The notes below the pieces were generated by a model. That model saw nothing but the letters and a program-made list of their open reading frames with translations. It was not told the origin of the DNA and ran no database searches. The translations under genes and the position numbers were made by a program. A stretch of 64,000 nt of DNA from a virus (Duplodnaviria > Heunggongvirae > Uroviricota > Caudoviricetes): the IMG/VR virus record IMGVR_UViG_3300031994_000056, one strand, 5' to 3'. Below, in pieces: positions 1 through 10,054 of this stretch. The number at the start of each line of letters is the position of its first letter. Position 1 is the first letter of the stretch.

Positions 1-35
1 TAAATTGGACAACTGAAATTAACAGAAATATAACT

Positions 36-1976
36 TTGACACAAGAATATAGTTATATTATAGATTTTGGTAAAGGTAGAGCAAGTAACCAATATCTTAA
101 AGGTTCCATAGACCTCAAAGAAACATACATAAAAGTAAATGATAAGTTATGGTTTTACGGTAAAAACTATACAAGTGAAAACTATGCACCAGTACCTGCA
201 GGGTTGAACTACAACAATACAACAACCCCAAGTATAGGTTACGTAAATACACAAACACAAGAATTTATACCTGCACCAACGGATGGAATAAAATATTCAC
301 AAACTCGTGACATTAAGGTAATACCACCTGAAGATAATACCATTACTTTGTTGTATGGTGTTAAAAGTAATTTTAGTAAATATTCTTTATTCGGTTTAAT
401 AGCAAATGTTTCAAGTGGAACTTATGATATTTATATTGATGATGTATTATATGCAACAACTGCAAGTGAAACACAAACAGATATAGACTTTAGTACATTA
501 GGTGCTGAATATGTAAGTATAGGAACTTGCACAACACCTGAAGAGTTAGTATTACATAAAATTGTGATTAAGCCAACAAACAATGGAGAAACGATAACGA
601 GATTTGCTTGTAGAAGAACAACAGGTGCAACAGGAACACAACAACAAGGAATATTATGGGCAAATTTGCAACTAGAAAACAACTTAACATTAGGTAATTG
701 TTTTGGTACAGAAACAGCATATAACAATAGAATTTTATATGCTGTAACTGCTAAAAATAATAAGATAACAGTAACTAGTACAAGTACAAATACTACTGGT
801 TTATATTCAATATATGCAAGATGTGCTAGTTTAGTATATTCACCAATATTAGAATATAGTACTAAAGATTATATAAATGGAGTATATCTATCTTTTGACC
901 AAACAAAATTAAAAAGAATAACAATAAAAAATAATCCTAGTATAGATATGACAATAATTAGGAATGCTCAACAATTAGAAAAAATAGACATAGAAAATCC
1001 AATAAGTTTAAGAAGTAATACTGCATCAGGAAATAGTGCACAAAATGCTTATAAATTAGAATTATTTCCTAAATATGAAACTGAAACACGAATCTGTGAT
1101 AATATTAATATGTATGACACAACATCTTTATATCCAACAAAAATAAATGACAGTACAAATAAATTAAGAGAATTTTTAAGAATGTACGGTTCTTCAACTT
1201 ATCCAATGCGAGGTCTTCGTGGTTTAAAGGTAAGTAACGAAGCACCATTTAGTGGTACATCTCCACAAATCAACGTTTCCTACACAGGACTTGACAGGGA
1301 TGCACTTGTAGAGTTGTTTAATTTTCTACCTGATGTTTCAGAAGCAACAGATGGAATAACAAGAACATTAAGTTGCGTAGCAGCGACAGGAAACAATTTA
1401 ACTGTAGTAGGTAGTCCGACGATTGATGCTAATGGCGTTGCAAGTGGGTTTAGTAGTAATGATTATTTGAACATAGTAGGAAATATAAATTTATCATCTA
1501 ATTTTAAAATTCAAATAAAAATTACACCATCTTCAGTTACAACTGGTAGTAAGAAATTTTTATCAATATTTTATACTAATTCTATTTATTTAGATTTTTA
1601 TACTTCTGGAACAACCCCAAGAATAGATTGTCAATATAGTGGTGGAGCATATTGGACAGAAATTGCAACAAATTTATCTTATGACATACCTATTGTTATA
1701 ACTATCAAAGGAAATGGAACAAATTTAAACATTGATATAAATCAAAACAATGTTACACAAACAGGCACAAAAACATTGCAGAAATTAGGAATAAGTGATA
1801 TAAATGCTACTGTTTATTTAGGTAGAGGACATACTACATCTTTGCCTATGGTTAATGGCACTATTGACCTTGAAAACACATATATCAAAGTAGATAACAA
1901 CTACCTAATGAAAGGCTACCTTACTGATAACGATAGACTAATAGCAACGAATAAAGGTTGGACAATTACAGGATAA
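36..1976 (+). CDS. tail fibre-like structural protein (probably 5'-truncated by the window edge; TTG at 36)
   Basis: 646-aa ORF, Thr/Asn-rich. N-terminal GSIDLKETYIKVNDKLWFYG recurs near the C-terminus as GTIDLENTYIKVDNNYLMKG. The reading frame stays open upstream to position 3. Confidence 0.5.
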   Translation: MTQEYSYIIDFGKGRASNQYLKGSIDLKETYIKVNDKLWFYGKNYTSENYAPVPAGLNYNNTTTPSIGYVNTQTQEFIPAPTDGIKYSQTRDIKVIPPEDNTITLLYGVKSNFSKYSLFGLIANVSSGTYDIYIDDVLYATTASETQTDIDFSTLGAEYVSIGTCTTPEELVLHKIVIKPTNNGETITRFACRRTTGATGTQQQGILWANLQLENNLTLGNCFGTETAYNNRILYAVTAKNNKITVTSTSTNTTGLYSIYARCASLVYSPILEYSTKDYINGVYLSFDQTKLKRITIKNNPSIDMTIIRNAQQLEKIDIENPISLRSNTASGNSAQNAYKLELFPKYETETRICDNINMYDTTSLYPTKINDSTNKLREFLRMYGSSTYPMRGLRGLKVSNEAPFSGTSPQINVSYTGLDRDALVELFNFLPDVSEATDGITRTLSCVAATGNNLTVVGSPTIDANGVASGFSSNDYLNIVGNINLSSNFKIQIKITPSSVTTGSKKFLSIFYTNSIYLDFYTSGTTPRIDCQYSGGAYWTEIATNLSYDIPIVITIKGNGTNLNIDINQNNVTQTGTKTLQKLGISDINATVYLGRGHTTSLPMVNGTIDLENTYIKVDNNYLMKGYLTDNDRLIATNKGWTITG

Positions 1977-2062
1977 TGAAAGAGCTTGAAGATCGACAAA
2001 GTCATCCTTATTAAAAGAATTGGAATTTGGTTTAACAAAAAATATAAAAATGGAGTAAAATA

Positions 2063-5000
2063 ATGGCTATTAAAACAACTGATAAACAACAAATTCATGT
2101 TGTAACTGATGCGAATTTTAATCATAATAAACTTATCAATGCAAAAATTGATGCTAAGGAAAATGAAATAACCAATTTACCTAGTGGAGGTAATGTTGAT
2201 GATGTTAAGGTTAATAATACATCTGTAGTAGAAAATAAGATTGCAAGTATTAATTTAAAAACTATAAATCGTCAAAGCATTGTAGGTTCTGGTAATATAG
2301 ATGTAGAGGGTGGTGGTTCAAATTTAAACGAGTTTGTTATCACGCAAGAAATATTTGATGAATATAAAAATGAAAACAATTATGCAGATTTAGCAGATAT
2401 TATTGATAGTGAAGAAATTACACAGAAAGTAATAAACTTAAATAATTTTAATTATTTCTTAAATAATTTAATAATTTCTAATAAAGATTTAACATTTAAG
2501 AATGGTAATATTATACTTGACTCTAATGGAGTTGATGGAACATGTGATAAAGCTATTACAGCATCAGGGTGTAATATAGAATTTAAAGATTGTCAAATAA
2601 GTTCTGTTAATTGTATAGGGAATACAAATGCTTTAATAGATATAAATAATACAAATCTAACATTTAATAATGTAATAGCAGATGATATAAATTTTAGTGT
2701 TACTAAAACATTTATACAAACTACTAATGCTTGTAATATAAAAATAAATGATAGTGATATAGAATTAAAAAATAATGATGCTAGTGAAGATGAACCAGAA
2801 AATATAATAACTCTTATAAAAGTATTAAATGATAATAGTAATATAAAAATTAATAATTCAATAATAAAAATAAACAAAACTAATAATCAGTTAAGATATT
2901 TTCAGCACAAAATAGTATCTACTGCAACGAACACAGATGTTGCAATAAAGATAAATAATTCTTATTTAGAAATAGAAGATAATTGGGATTTACCACATAC
3001 TCCTAAAGAATATGAGTTATCTAATATTTTTGATGTTAATTTAGATAATATTAATATAGATATAATTAATAGTTGTATAAATAATCAATCATTATTAAGA
3101 TTAGAATCTAAATATATGTTCCAACAAGGTAATACATATACTACTGATGATCCTTATTGTATTAATATTTATAATGATATAAAAATAAGAGGACATTATA
3201 CCGAAGATGAAGAATATATTTTTGAAGAAATAAATGTTGATAAAGATACTTTTCTTTCAATAGTTGATTATGCAGAAGGAGAATATATTTTTGTATATGA
3301 TGGAACTAACTGGATTTTAAATGATGAAATAGTGAATCTTGAAGATTATGGTATAACTTATATATTAGTAGATGGTGCAGAATTATATGATGGAGTAGAA
3401 ATACAAGTATATTATAATAAAGGTTATGAAGCATATGATATATTAAAAAATTTTACAGCAGATAGTGATGATATAGAAAATTATACTAAAATAATTAAAG
3501 ACACGATAATAGATGACACAGTTCCTGGTATAGAATTTATAAGAGTAGAAAATGAAGAACACTATATTAATACTATAAATGATATTTTAGAAGAAAACGA
3601 TTATCCTACAGATGATACATATTATGAAGAGTATACTTATAATAATGATGAGTGGCATTTAAAACTTTATCGTATTGTAAATGAAACTGAAGATGTTGTT
3701 ATACAAGATGAAGTAGTTGATTTAAACGAATTTGGTGATGCTATACAAATAGGATTAAATGATGAAACACCTGATTTAGTAAATGGAATGAAATTTACTG
3801 TAGTTTCACAAAATCCTTATTTAGAAAAAAGAGAATTACATATAAATAAATGTTATAATTCTGTTCTTGCACAAGATACTTCTGATGGATATAAATTTTT
3901 AGATTATTTTATAAATGTAAATAATGATACTGTTGGCGAAACTAGTGTTTTTGGTATTCATAGAATAGATAGTAAAATTATTAATACTGGTGAAATCAAT
4001 GCAGATAATGTAAATGCCGATATGTTAACTATTAATGAAGAAGAAGGAGATTATTTTTTACCTATACATAATGAAAATTTAGAAAGTAATAATGTTAAAG
4101 ATGCTATTAATGAATTAGCCAATAGAGAAATTTCAACTAATAATTTATTTGACATAAAAACAATGTCAGAGCCAATGACACAAAAAGGTTGGAGTTGTAT
4201 TTCTTATCCGACACAAAATAAATTAGATAAAGCAGGTGTTCCTACAGCTTATAATTTTTTAAAAGATAAATTGGATAATGTTGACGCAAATATTGAGGGT
4301 TGGCAAACTTGGAGTTCTTCTTATCAAGTTGGTTCTTTGCGTGCATATATAATGAACGATACATATTGTTTAGTCTTTTTTCAAGGACATATTTATAAAG
4401 CACCTATCATTAGTATTGGAACTACTTCTACTTGGGAAATAATAACTATTAATGATAATACATCTTTTATTTATGACGAAAAATGTTTGGTTAAAATAGT
4501 AGGTGATTTAGTTTTCTTTAACATAAGAACAGATAAATCATACCTTATTATTCTAAATAAAAATACTTTTGAAGTTGTAAAAATTATTGATACAGGTTTA
4601 ATAGATGATAATTGGTTTTCTTTTGTATCATTAATAAATGGTGTTGTATATTATGGTATTAATAATAGAACTTATAAATTTAATTATACAACTAACGGTA
4701 ATGATATAAATCCCGAATTAATTAGAAGTGATTTGAATATTATGGGTATTTTTAAATATTCAGGTGGCTATTATTATTTTTATATTAATGCTGACAATTG
4801 GTGTTATGTAGCAAAAACAACAGATTTATCCGGAACTTATACACAAATAGCAAGTTTTGGTTTTTCGGGTTGGACTCGTTTTAGCAAAAATGCTATTGCT
4901 AGTAATCCCGTTCAGTTTGATAATAATGGCAATCTTTATTTAATAGACGGAAGTATAAAAGTTGCAAAAAATATTAAAAGTTGGAACGGAACAGCACAAT

Positions 5001-5818
5001 GGGAAACTATATCTAATTTTACCGGTGAATTTCAATATTTTTATCAAAATCCTATCTATTCTTGCTTTGCTTTTAAAACAACCTCTAAATTTATTGGTTT
5101 ATATTCAAGAAATGGAATTAGTTTAAATTATTTATATGAAATAGATATACCAACAGGAATTGTTCCAACTATACAATCAATAGATACTAATGGTGAGTTT
5201 GGTTGTTATGGTTGGTCAGCAAATGCTGTTCCTACTTTTAAATTTTCAGCACCTCACGCTGTTCCTATTATTTACACTGACACAATAAACGGTATTGATA
5301 TAAAATATTACAAAAATGGCGATTGGAAAATATGCACTCCCGATATTGCTGTTGGAAATGATGATAATTTACAAGCTGTTTATGAGTATTTAGGATACTT
5401 AAACTATTGGTGGATAGATACTACTAATGAGCAGATAACTTTACAAAGAAACTCAAATCTATGGACTATGATGTATGTTGGAGATGATTATATTGGTGAT
5501 GAGTTGCCAAGCGGAAATTATTTGCCGAACAAAACAGTTGCCGAAATAATAGAAATTGATACAGCCTCAATAACAATAGCTAATATACAGCCAAACAAAA
5601 ACTATGTGTTTACCAATAATGATATTACGGATATAACAATTACAGCTTGTGAAACTTCTTTTGAAGAAACTACAATACAATTTACAACGGGAAATTCTGC
5701 TCCGACACTTACTGATAATAGTGGTTTGGTTTGGTTTGGTGGAATACCAACATTATTGCCAAATACAACTTATGTGATTGTAATATTTAACAAACAAGCA
5801 TTTTATCAAGAAAATTAA
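2063..5818 (+). CDS. large tail fibre / receptor-binding-like structural protein
   Basis: 1251-aa ORF, Asn/Ile-rich and low complexity. Sits between two other fibre-like genes. GGAG ribosome-binding site upstream of the ATG. Confidence 0.45.
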   Translation: MAIKTTDKQQIHVVTDANFNHNKLINAKIDAKENEITNLPSGGNVDDVKVNNTSVVENKIASINLKTINRQSIVGSGNIDVEGGGSNLNEFVITQEIFDEYKNENNYADLADIIDSEEITQKVINLNNFNYFLNNLIISNKDLTFKNGNIILDSNGVDGTCDKAITASGCNIEFKDCQISSVNCIGNTNALIDINNTNLTFNNVIADDINFSVTKTFIQTTNACNIKINDSDIELKNNDASEDEPENIITLIKVLNDNSNIKINNSIIKINKTNNQLRYFQHKIVSTATNTDVAIKINNSYLEIEDNWDLPHTPKEYELSNIFDVNLDNINIDIINSCINNQSLLRLESKYMFQQGNTYTTDDPYCINIYNDIKIRGHYTEDEEYIFEEINVDKDTFLSIVDYAEGEYIFVYDGTNWILNDEIVNLEDYGITYILVDGAELYDGVEIQVYYNKGYEAYDILKNFTADSDDIENYTKIIKDTIIDDTVPGIEFIRVENEEHYINTINDILEENDYPTDDTYYEEYTYNNDEWHLKLYRIVNETEDVVIQDEVVDLNEFGDAIQIGLNDETPDLVNGMKFTVVSQNPYLEKRELHINKCYNSVLAQDTSDGYKFLDYFINVNNDTVGETSVFGIHRIDSKIINTGEINADNVNADMLTINEEEGDYFLPIHNENLESNNVKDAINELANREISTNNLFDIKTMSEPMTQKGWSCISYPTQNKLDKAGVPTAYNFLKDKLDNVDANIEGWQTWSSSYQVGSLRAYIMNDTYCLVFFQGHIYKAPIISIGTTSTWEIITINDNTSFIYDEKCLVKIVGDLVFFNIRTDKSYLIILNKNTFEVVKIIDTGLIDDNWFSFVSLINGVVYYGINNRTYKFNYTTNGNDINPELIRSDLNIMGIFKYSGGYYYFYINADNWCYVAKTTDLSGTYTQIASFGFSGWTRFSKNAIASNPVQFDNNGNLYLIDGSIKVAKNIKSWNGTAQWETISNFTGEFQYFYQNPIYSCFAFKTTSKFIGLYSRNGISLNYLYEIDIPTGIVPTIQSIDTNGEFGCYGWSANAVPTFKFSAPHAVPIIYTDTINGIDIKYYKNGDWKICTPDIAVGNDDNLQAVYEYLGYLNYWWIDTTNEQITLQRNSNLWTMMYVGDDYIGDELPSGNYLPNKTVAEIIEIDTASITIANIQPNKNYVFTNNDITDITITACETSFEETTIQFTTGNSAPTLTDNSGLVWFGGIPTLLPNTTYVIVIFNKQAFYQEN

Positions 5819-5830
5819 GGAGCTAAAAAT

Positions 5831-6466
5831 ATGAGCAAACTTTTAGCTATGATGATGAATAAAAAACTTAATCCAATTTTTAGTATAGTTGGAAATCCAA
5901 CAATAACAAAAGATTTTATTTATAAAGATGTAGGAGTAAATGATTATATCTATATAAATGAAATATTACCTTTATCAACAGCAAATACTTGGAAAATTCA
6001 AACTAAATTTATTTACAAGAGAAACACAAATAATCCGTATGCAAGTTGCCCAATAATTGCATACTATGGTGATAATTCAAATGATGGTAAATCACCAGTC
6101 TTGAGAATAGAGGGTGATGGAGATGGAGATGGTCAGCTGGATAGATTAAGAGTATTAATATCTTCTGTTGGTAATAGTAATTGGAATATTAATGTTACAA
6201 CATCTAACTATTACTTTATTATTGATAATGAATATTATATAGAATATGGATTTGATGGATATATGTATTATGTAAAAGACCTATATACTAATACTAATAT
6301 ATGGACTACAACTAATTCAAGCAAATGCGAGTGTTCCAATTATATAGCATTATTTCACAATGGATATATTACCAGTTGGGGATATGAATTATGTGGAGGT
6401 GAAATGGATATGAAAAAATTTAAAGTATTTATAAACGATGAATTATATTTAAAAGGTGTAATATAA
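5831..6466 (+). CDS. hypothetical protein with an acidic GDGDGDGQLD (Ca-binding-like) motif, fibre-associated
   Basis: 211-aa ORF; GGAG ribosome-binding site 6 nt upstream; lies directly downstream of the large fibre gene. Confidence 0.5.
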   Translation: MSKLLAMMMNKKLNPIFSIVGNPTITKDFIYKDVGVNDYIYINEILPLSTANTWKIQTKFIYKRNTNNPYASCPIIAYYGDNSNDGKSPVLRIEGDGDGDGQLDRLRVLISSVGNSNWNINVTTSNYYFIIDNEYYIEYGFDGYMYYVKDLYTNTNIWTTTNSSKCECSNYIALFHNGYITSWGYELCGGEMDMKKFKVFINDELYLKGVI

Positions 6467-6480
6467 TTTGAGGAGGAACA

Positions 6481-6873
6481 GTGTACGGAAAAATAATTGA
6501 CGGAAATTTAGTTTTTGCTGGAAACATAATAAAGACTGATAAAGGGTTTATTTCTAATCCTACAACAAAACAGTTAGTTGCTAATGAATATAAAGAAATT
6601 AAATATACTGAGAAACCTGAATATGACAAAGAAGAAGAAAAATTGCAAGAAGTATATACTGACGGAGATAAGATAACAGTTAGCTATGAAAAAGTAGCAC
6701 TTACTGATATAGAAAAATTGGAAATTAAAAAACAAAAAGTAGTTAGTTTGGAACAACAATATAATATGTGTAGGTATCAAAGAGAATTAATACTTTCTGA
6801 AAATAGCGGTGCAAGTCAATATGCTAAAGATAAAGCTCAAGAAATTGAAAATATTGCAAAGGATTTAAGATAA
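6481..6873 (+). CDS. hypothetical protein
   Basis: 130-aa ORF with GTG start after a GAGGAGG ribosome-binding site; Lys/Glu-rich C-terminus. Confidence 0.45.
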   Translation: MYGKIIDGNLVFAGNIIKTDKGFISNPTTKQLVANEYKEIKYTEKPEYDKEEEKLQEVYTDGDKITVSYEKVALTDIEKLEIKKQKVVSLEQQYNMCRYQRELILSENSGASQYAKDKAQEIENIAKDLR

Positions 6874-7013
6874 TAAATAAAAATATAGAAACAGGATATT
6901 ATGATTAATCAAGGTAGGTTAAACATATATGTTATATTTTATAATGATTGGAATAATGATAATAATATGTTGGTATTTGAATAATAAATTAAATAAATTT
7001 TAAGGAGTGAAAT

Positions 7014-7304
7014 ATGGCAATACATATAGGTGATGATACAGATGCTTTTGGATTTAGTTTTCTAACTATAAATTTAGAAAATGCATCTGAATATGTTATT
7101 ACAAAAGCAGAAGTTAGAATAGGACCTGTAAAAAAGATATTTAATAATCCAGTATTTCCTTTGGAAGTTTCTTTGAATCAACAAGAGACAGATAAGCTAA
7201 ATGAGTATAAAAATGATTGTTATATGGCAGTATATGATGAAAATAACAAAAAGTATACTTGTGAAGGAACTTTAACATTTAAAGCAAGTCCAAAGGTGGT
7301 ATAA
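7014..7304 (+). CDS. hypothetical protein
   Basis: 96-aa ORF; AAGGAG ribosome-binding site. Confidence 0.5.
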   Translation: MAIHIGDDTDAFGFSFLTINLENASEYVITKAEVRIGPVKKIFNNPVFPLEVSLNQQETDKLNEYKNDCYMAVYDENNKKYTCEGTLTFKASPKVV

Positions 7305-7306
7305 TT

Positions 7307-7504
7307 ATGTCAAATCATTTTATAGCAGATTTTAATTTAGAGAGACCTAATCAACAAAACGTAAATTTTAAATTACAAGAAAATACTGTTAATGCAGATT
7401 TTAATATTACAGCAACAAATTCAATGAATATTACTTTTGGTATAGCACAAGCCAATAAAGATAAATATTTTGTTTTTGAACATAGAGCATCTAGTAATAT
7501 TTAA
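7307..7504 (+). CDS. hypothetical protein
   Basis: 65-aa ORF, 2 nt after the previous stop; coupled. Confidence 0.45.
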   Translation: MSNHFIADFNLERPNQQNVNFKLQENTVNADFNITATNSMNITFGIAQANKDKYFVFEHRASSNI

Positions 7505-7525
7505 ATTTAAAATGGCGGTAGTAAA

Positions 7526-7753
7526 ATGTTTAAAGAATTATTTAAGAAATTGTTGTTTGAAATTGTAGGAGTAATTTTAGTTGTAGCATTAGCTTATGGT
7601 ATTGTTTTTGTTACAGGTTGGTTAACTAAAACAGAGTATTTAGGTACAGCAGTATTAGCAATAGTATATTTTTATTGCAGCCCTATAATTAATCCATATA
7701 TTAATGAATTAAGAAAAAAGATAGTAAAAAATATTGGTAAAGAGGAAAAATAA
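7526..7753 (+). CDS. small membrane protein (two hydrophobic helices; holin-like topology is possible)
   Basis: 75 aa with two predicted TM segments (VGVILVVALAYGIVFV; AVLAIVYFY) and a charged C-terminus. Confidence 0.4.
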   Translation: MFKELFKKLLFEIVGVILVVALAYGIVFVTGWLTKTEYLGTAVLAIVYFYCSPIINPYINELRKKIVKNIGKEEK

Positions 7754-7755
7754 TT

Positions 7756-8013
7756 ATGTCAAGATGGCTAATAGCTAAAGAGAAACAATTATCTGATATA
7801 GAAACAAAAAAACCTACTCCGAAAGATTTGTTTACAAAACCAGCAAGTACAATTGTTAAAGTTTTATTGCAGATGACAAAAGGTAATGTAGGTAAAGCTA
7901 TACAGAAAATTACTTTCTATATTAATCGTGCAGGTGAAAATTTATCCAATAAAACTGAAGTTTTAAAAGCAAAAGAAATACTAAAGAAAAAATTGGAGAA
8001 AGAAAAAGATTAG
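7756..8013 (+). CDS. hypothetical protein
   Basis: 85-aa ORF, 2 nt after the previous stop. Confidence 0.45.
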   Translation: MSRWLIAKEKQLSDIETKKPTPKDLFTKPASTIVKVLLQMTKGNVGKAIQKITFYINRAGENLSNKTEVLKAKEILKKKLEKEKD

Positions 8014-8020
8014 AGGTATT

Positions 8021-8209
8021 ATGAAATATACTGTTGAGATTTTTAAAGTTAATAATAAATATGTAGCTAAATGTACAGAATTAAATATTGAAGTTCTCGG
8101 AGATACAGAAGCTGGTGTGAAACAGAATTTTGTACAGGAATTAATTTTATATAGTAAAAAGAATAATACTTTCATCGATTTTGTTTGGGAATATAATATT
8201 GACAAATAA
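8021..8209 (+). CDS. HicB-like / UPF0150-family small protein
   Basis: MKYTVEIFKVNNKYVAKCTELNIEVLGDTEAGVKQNF resembles the HicB N-terminal domain; no HicA partner is evident. Confidence 0.35.
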   Translation: MKYTVEIFKVNNKYVAKCTELNIEVLGDTEAGVKQNFVQELILYSKKNNTFIDFVWEYNIDK

Positions 8210-8227
8210 AATAAAAAATATTATAAT
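8199..8227 (+). promoter_or_regulatory. sigma-70/SigA-type promoter (TTGACA-17-TATAAT)
   Basis: ttgaca at 8199-8204, a 17-nt spacer and tataat at 8222-8227; the csp-like gene starts 40 nt downstream. Confidence 0.6.
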
Positions 8228-8266
8228 AATTATGTTGTTAAATTTAAAAAGGAGATAGAAACAAAA

Positions 8267-8467
8267 ATGTATCAAGGAAAAATTAAGTGGTTTAATGGTG
8301 CAAAGGGGTATGGATTTATTACGGGAAATGATAGTAATGATTATTTTCTTCATTTTTCTGAAATTCAAATGGAGGGTTACAAAACGTTGCAAGAGGGAGA
8401 TAACGTAACTTTTGATGTAGAAGATACTGAAAAAGGCAAGAAAGCTATAAAAGTACATAAAATATAA
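8267..8467 (+). CDS. cold-shock protein (CspA family)
   Basis: MYQGKIKWFNGAKGYGFITGNDSNDYFLHFSEI carries the canonical RNP1/RNP2 cold-shock-domain motifs; 66 aa. Confidence 0.9.
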   Translation: MYQGKIKWFNGAKGYGFITGNDSNDYFLHFSEIQMEGYKTLQEGDNVTFDVEDTEKGKKAIKVHKI

Positions 8468-8484
8468 TTTCTTTATTTTTCATA

Positions 8485-8521
8485 GAGACGTCATATTTAT
8501 ATGTGACGCCTCTTTTTTTTT
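8485..8521 (+). terminator. rho-independent terminator
   Basis: gagacgtca / tgacgcctc stem (8 of 9 bp) followed by a run of nine T. Confidence 0.75.
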
Positions 8522-8524
8522 ACT

Positions 8525-9580
8525 ATGAAAACATTAACTAAATATATTAAAAATAATAAATTTAATTATATATTTATTAAGAAAAATTACTTAACTCAAG
8601 AAGTTAATAATGTACTTAATAAATATAATTTAACTTTACAAGAATTGTGTTATAGAATTAAAAACAATATTCCTTTAGATGAGGTATTTAAATGTAATTA
8701 TTGTGGTAAGAAAATAGTATTACGCAAAAAAGATAAATATTATAAAAAATTTTGTAATTGTACTTGTGCCAATTCTTATAGAAACAAATCACAAGAGTTT
8801 AAAAATAAGAGAAAACAGACTTGGTTAAATAAATATGGTGTAGATTTTCCTGTGAAATTACAAACAACACAAGACAAACGTAAACGAACTTGTATGGAAA
8901 AATATGGAGTAAATAGTCCTGTTAAATCTAAAGAAGTACATAATAAAATAGAAGCCACTTGTTTAAAAAAATATGGTGTTAAGCATTATGCGCAAACAAA
9001 AGAGTATCGAAATTTTGTAAAAGCAAATCATAATAAATTAGTAGAGAAAGCTAAAGTTACATGTCTGAAGAAATATGGAGTAGAGCATTATTCTAAAACA
9101 CAAGAATATAAAGATAAAATGAAACATTATAATACTGTTATTCAACAAAAGATTTATGATACTAAAAAAGTAAATAATTCATTTACTAAATCAAAACAAG
9201 AAGAGAAAGTTTATAAGCTTTTACTGACTAAATTTACTAAAGAAGATATCGAACGTCAATATAAGTCAAAATTATACCCTTTCAATTGTGATTTTTATAT
9301 TAAAAGTATAGACTTATATATTGAGTATAATGGAAATTGGACGCATGGTCCTGAATTATTTAATATAGATAATGTAGAGCATCTCAAATTACTGAATTAT
9401 TGGAAAAATAAAATAAACGAATTAAATTTTAAAGGTAAGAAAAAGGATTATTTTAAGATAGCTATTTACGTATGGACAGATTTAGATGTTAGAAAGTTAA
9501 AAGCTTTTAAAGATAATAATTTAAATTACAAGATTTTTTGGAATATTAAAGAAGTTGAAGATTGGATAAGTAAAATATAA
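8525..9580 (+). CDS. putative free-standing homing-endonuclease-like protein (Zn finger, 4x KYGV repeats, Vsr/DUF559-like PD-(D/E)xK C-terminus)
   Basis: CNYCGKK...CNCTC zinc finger; four repeats of about 23 aa (TWLNKYGVDF / TCMEKYGVNS / TCLKKYGVKH / TCLKKYGVEH); C-terminal CDFYI...IEYNGNWTHG resembles Vsr/DUF559 nucleases. Confidence 0.45.
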   Translation: MKTLTKYIKNNKFNYIFIKKNYLTQEVNNVLNKYNLTLQELCYRIKNNIPLDEVFKCNYCGKKIVLRKKDKYYKKFCNCTCANSYRNKSQEFKNKRKQTWLNKYGVDFPVKLQTTQDKRKRTCMEKYGVNSPVKSKEVHNKIEATCLKKYGVKHYAQTKEYRNFVKANHNKLVEKAKVTCLKKYGVEHYSKTQEYKDKMKHYNTVIQQKIYDTKKVNNSFTKSKQEEKVYKLLLTKFTKEDIERQYKSKLYPFNCDFYIKSIDLYIEYNGNWTHGPELFNIDNVEHLKLLNYWKNKINELNFKGKKKDYFKIAIYVWTDLDVRKLKAFKDNNLNYKIFWNIKEVEDWISKI

Positions 9581-9605
9581 TCTCCCATAATATTTGTTTG
9601 CTTTT

Positions 9606-9637
9606 ATCCGTGAGTATCAATACTCACGGATTTTTTT
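9606..9637 (+). terminator. rho-independent terminator
   Basis: atccgtgagta-tcaa-tactcacggat 11-bp stem followed by seven T. Confidence 0.8.
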
Positions 9638-9638
9638 A

Positions 9639-9667
9639 TTGACATTTAATTTTAAATATTATATAAT
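9639..9667 (+). promoter_or_regulatory. consensus promoter (TTGACA-17-TATAAT)
   Basis: ttgaca at 9639-9644 and tataat at 9662-9667; GGAGGT ribosome-binding site and the ATG at 9695 follow. Confidence 0.65.
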
Positions 9668-9694
9668 ACTTCCAAATTATTTTCGGAGGTCGTA

Positions 9695-10054
9695 ATGATA
9701 TCCAAACAAAAGTTCAAACATTATATTGAATTCCTAAAAAATTATGAATCTAAACTTGAAAAAGCAAATAGTGCACTTCAAAGTATTAGTACAGAGTTTA
9801 CAGGTATTTATGGGATAGCTTCTCCGTTAATAGATCAGTATATGAATGTATTAACTGATTTAATAGGACTAACTAAAATAGATCCAGATTTATTATGGTG
9901 GTGGTGTTACGAACAAGATTTTGGTAGAGATACTTGTGAAGCTTGGTTTCAAAAGAAAAAATATTATTTAAATACTCCAGAAAAACTTTACGATTATATA
10001 ATATTATTGTTAGAAAAACCTAAAGGGAAAAAAGGAGAAAAAAATGGAAAATAA
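9695..10054 (+). CDS. hypothetical protein
   Basis: 119-aa ORF, first gene after the promoter. Confidence 0.5.
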   Translation: MISKQKFKHYIEFLKNYESKLEKANSALQSISTEFTGIYGIASPLIDQYMNVLTDLIGLTKIDPDLLWWWCYEQDFGRDTCEAWFQKKKYYLNTPEKLYDYIILLLEKPKGKKGEKNGK

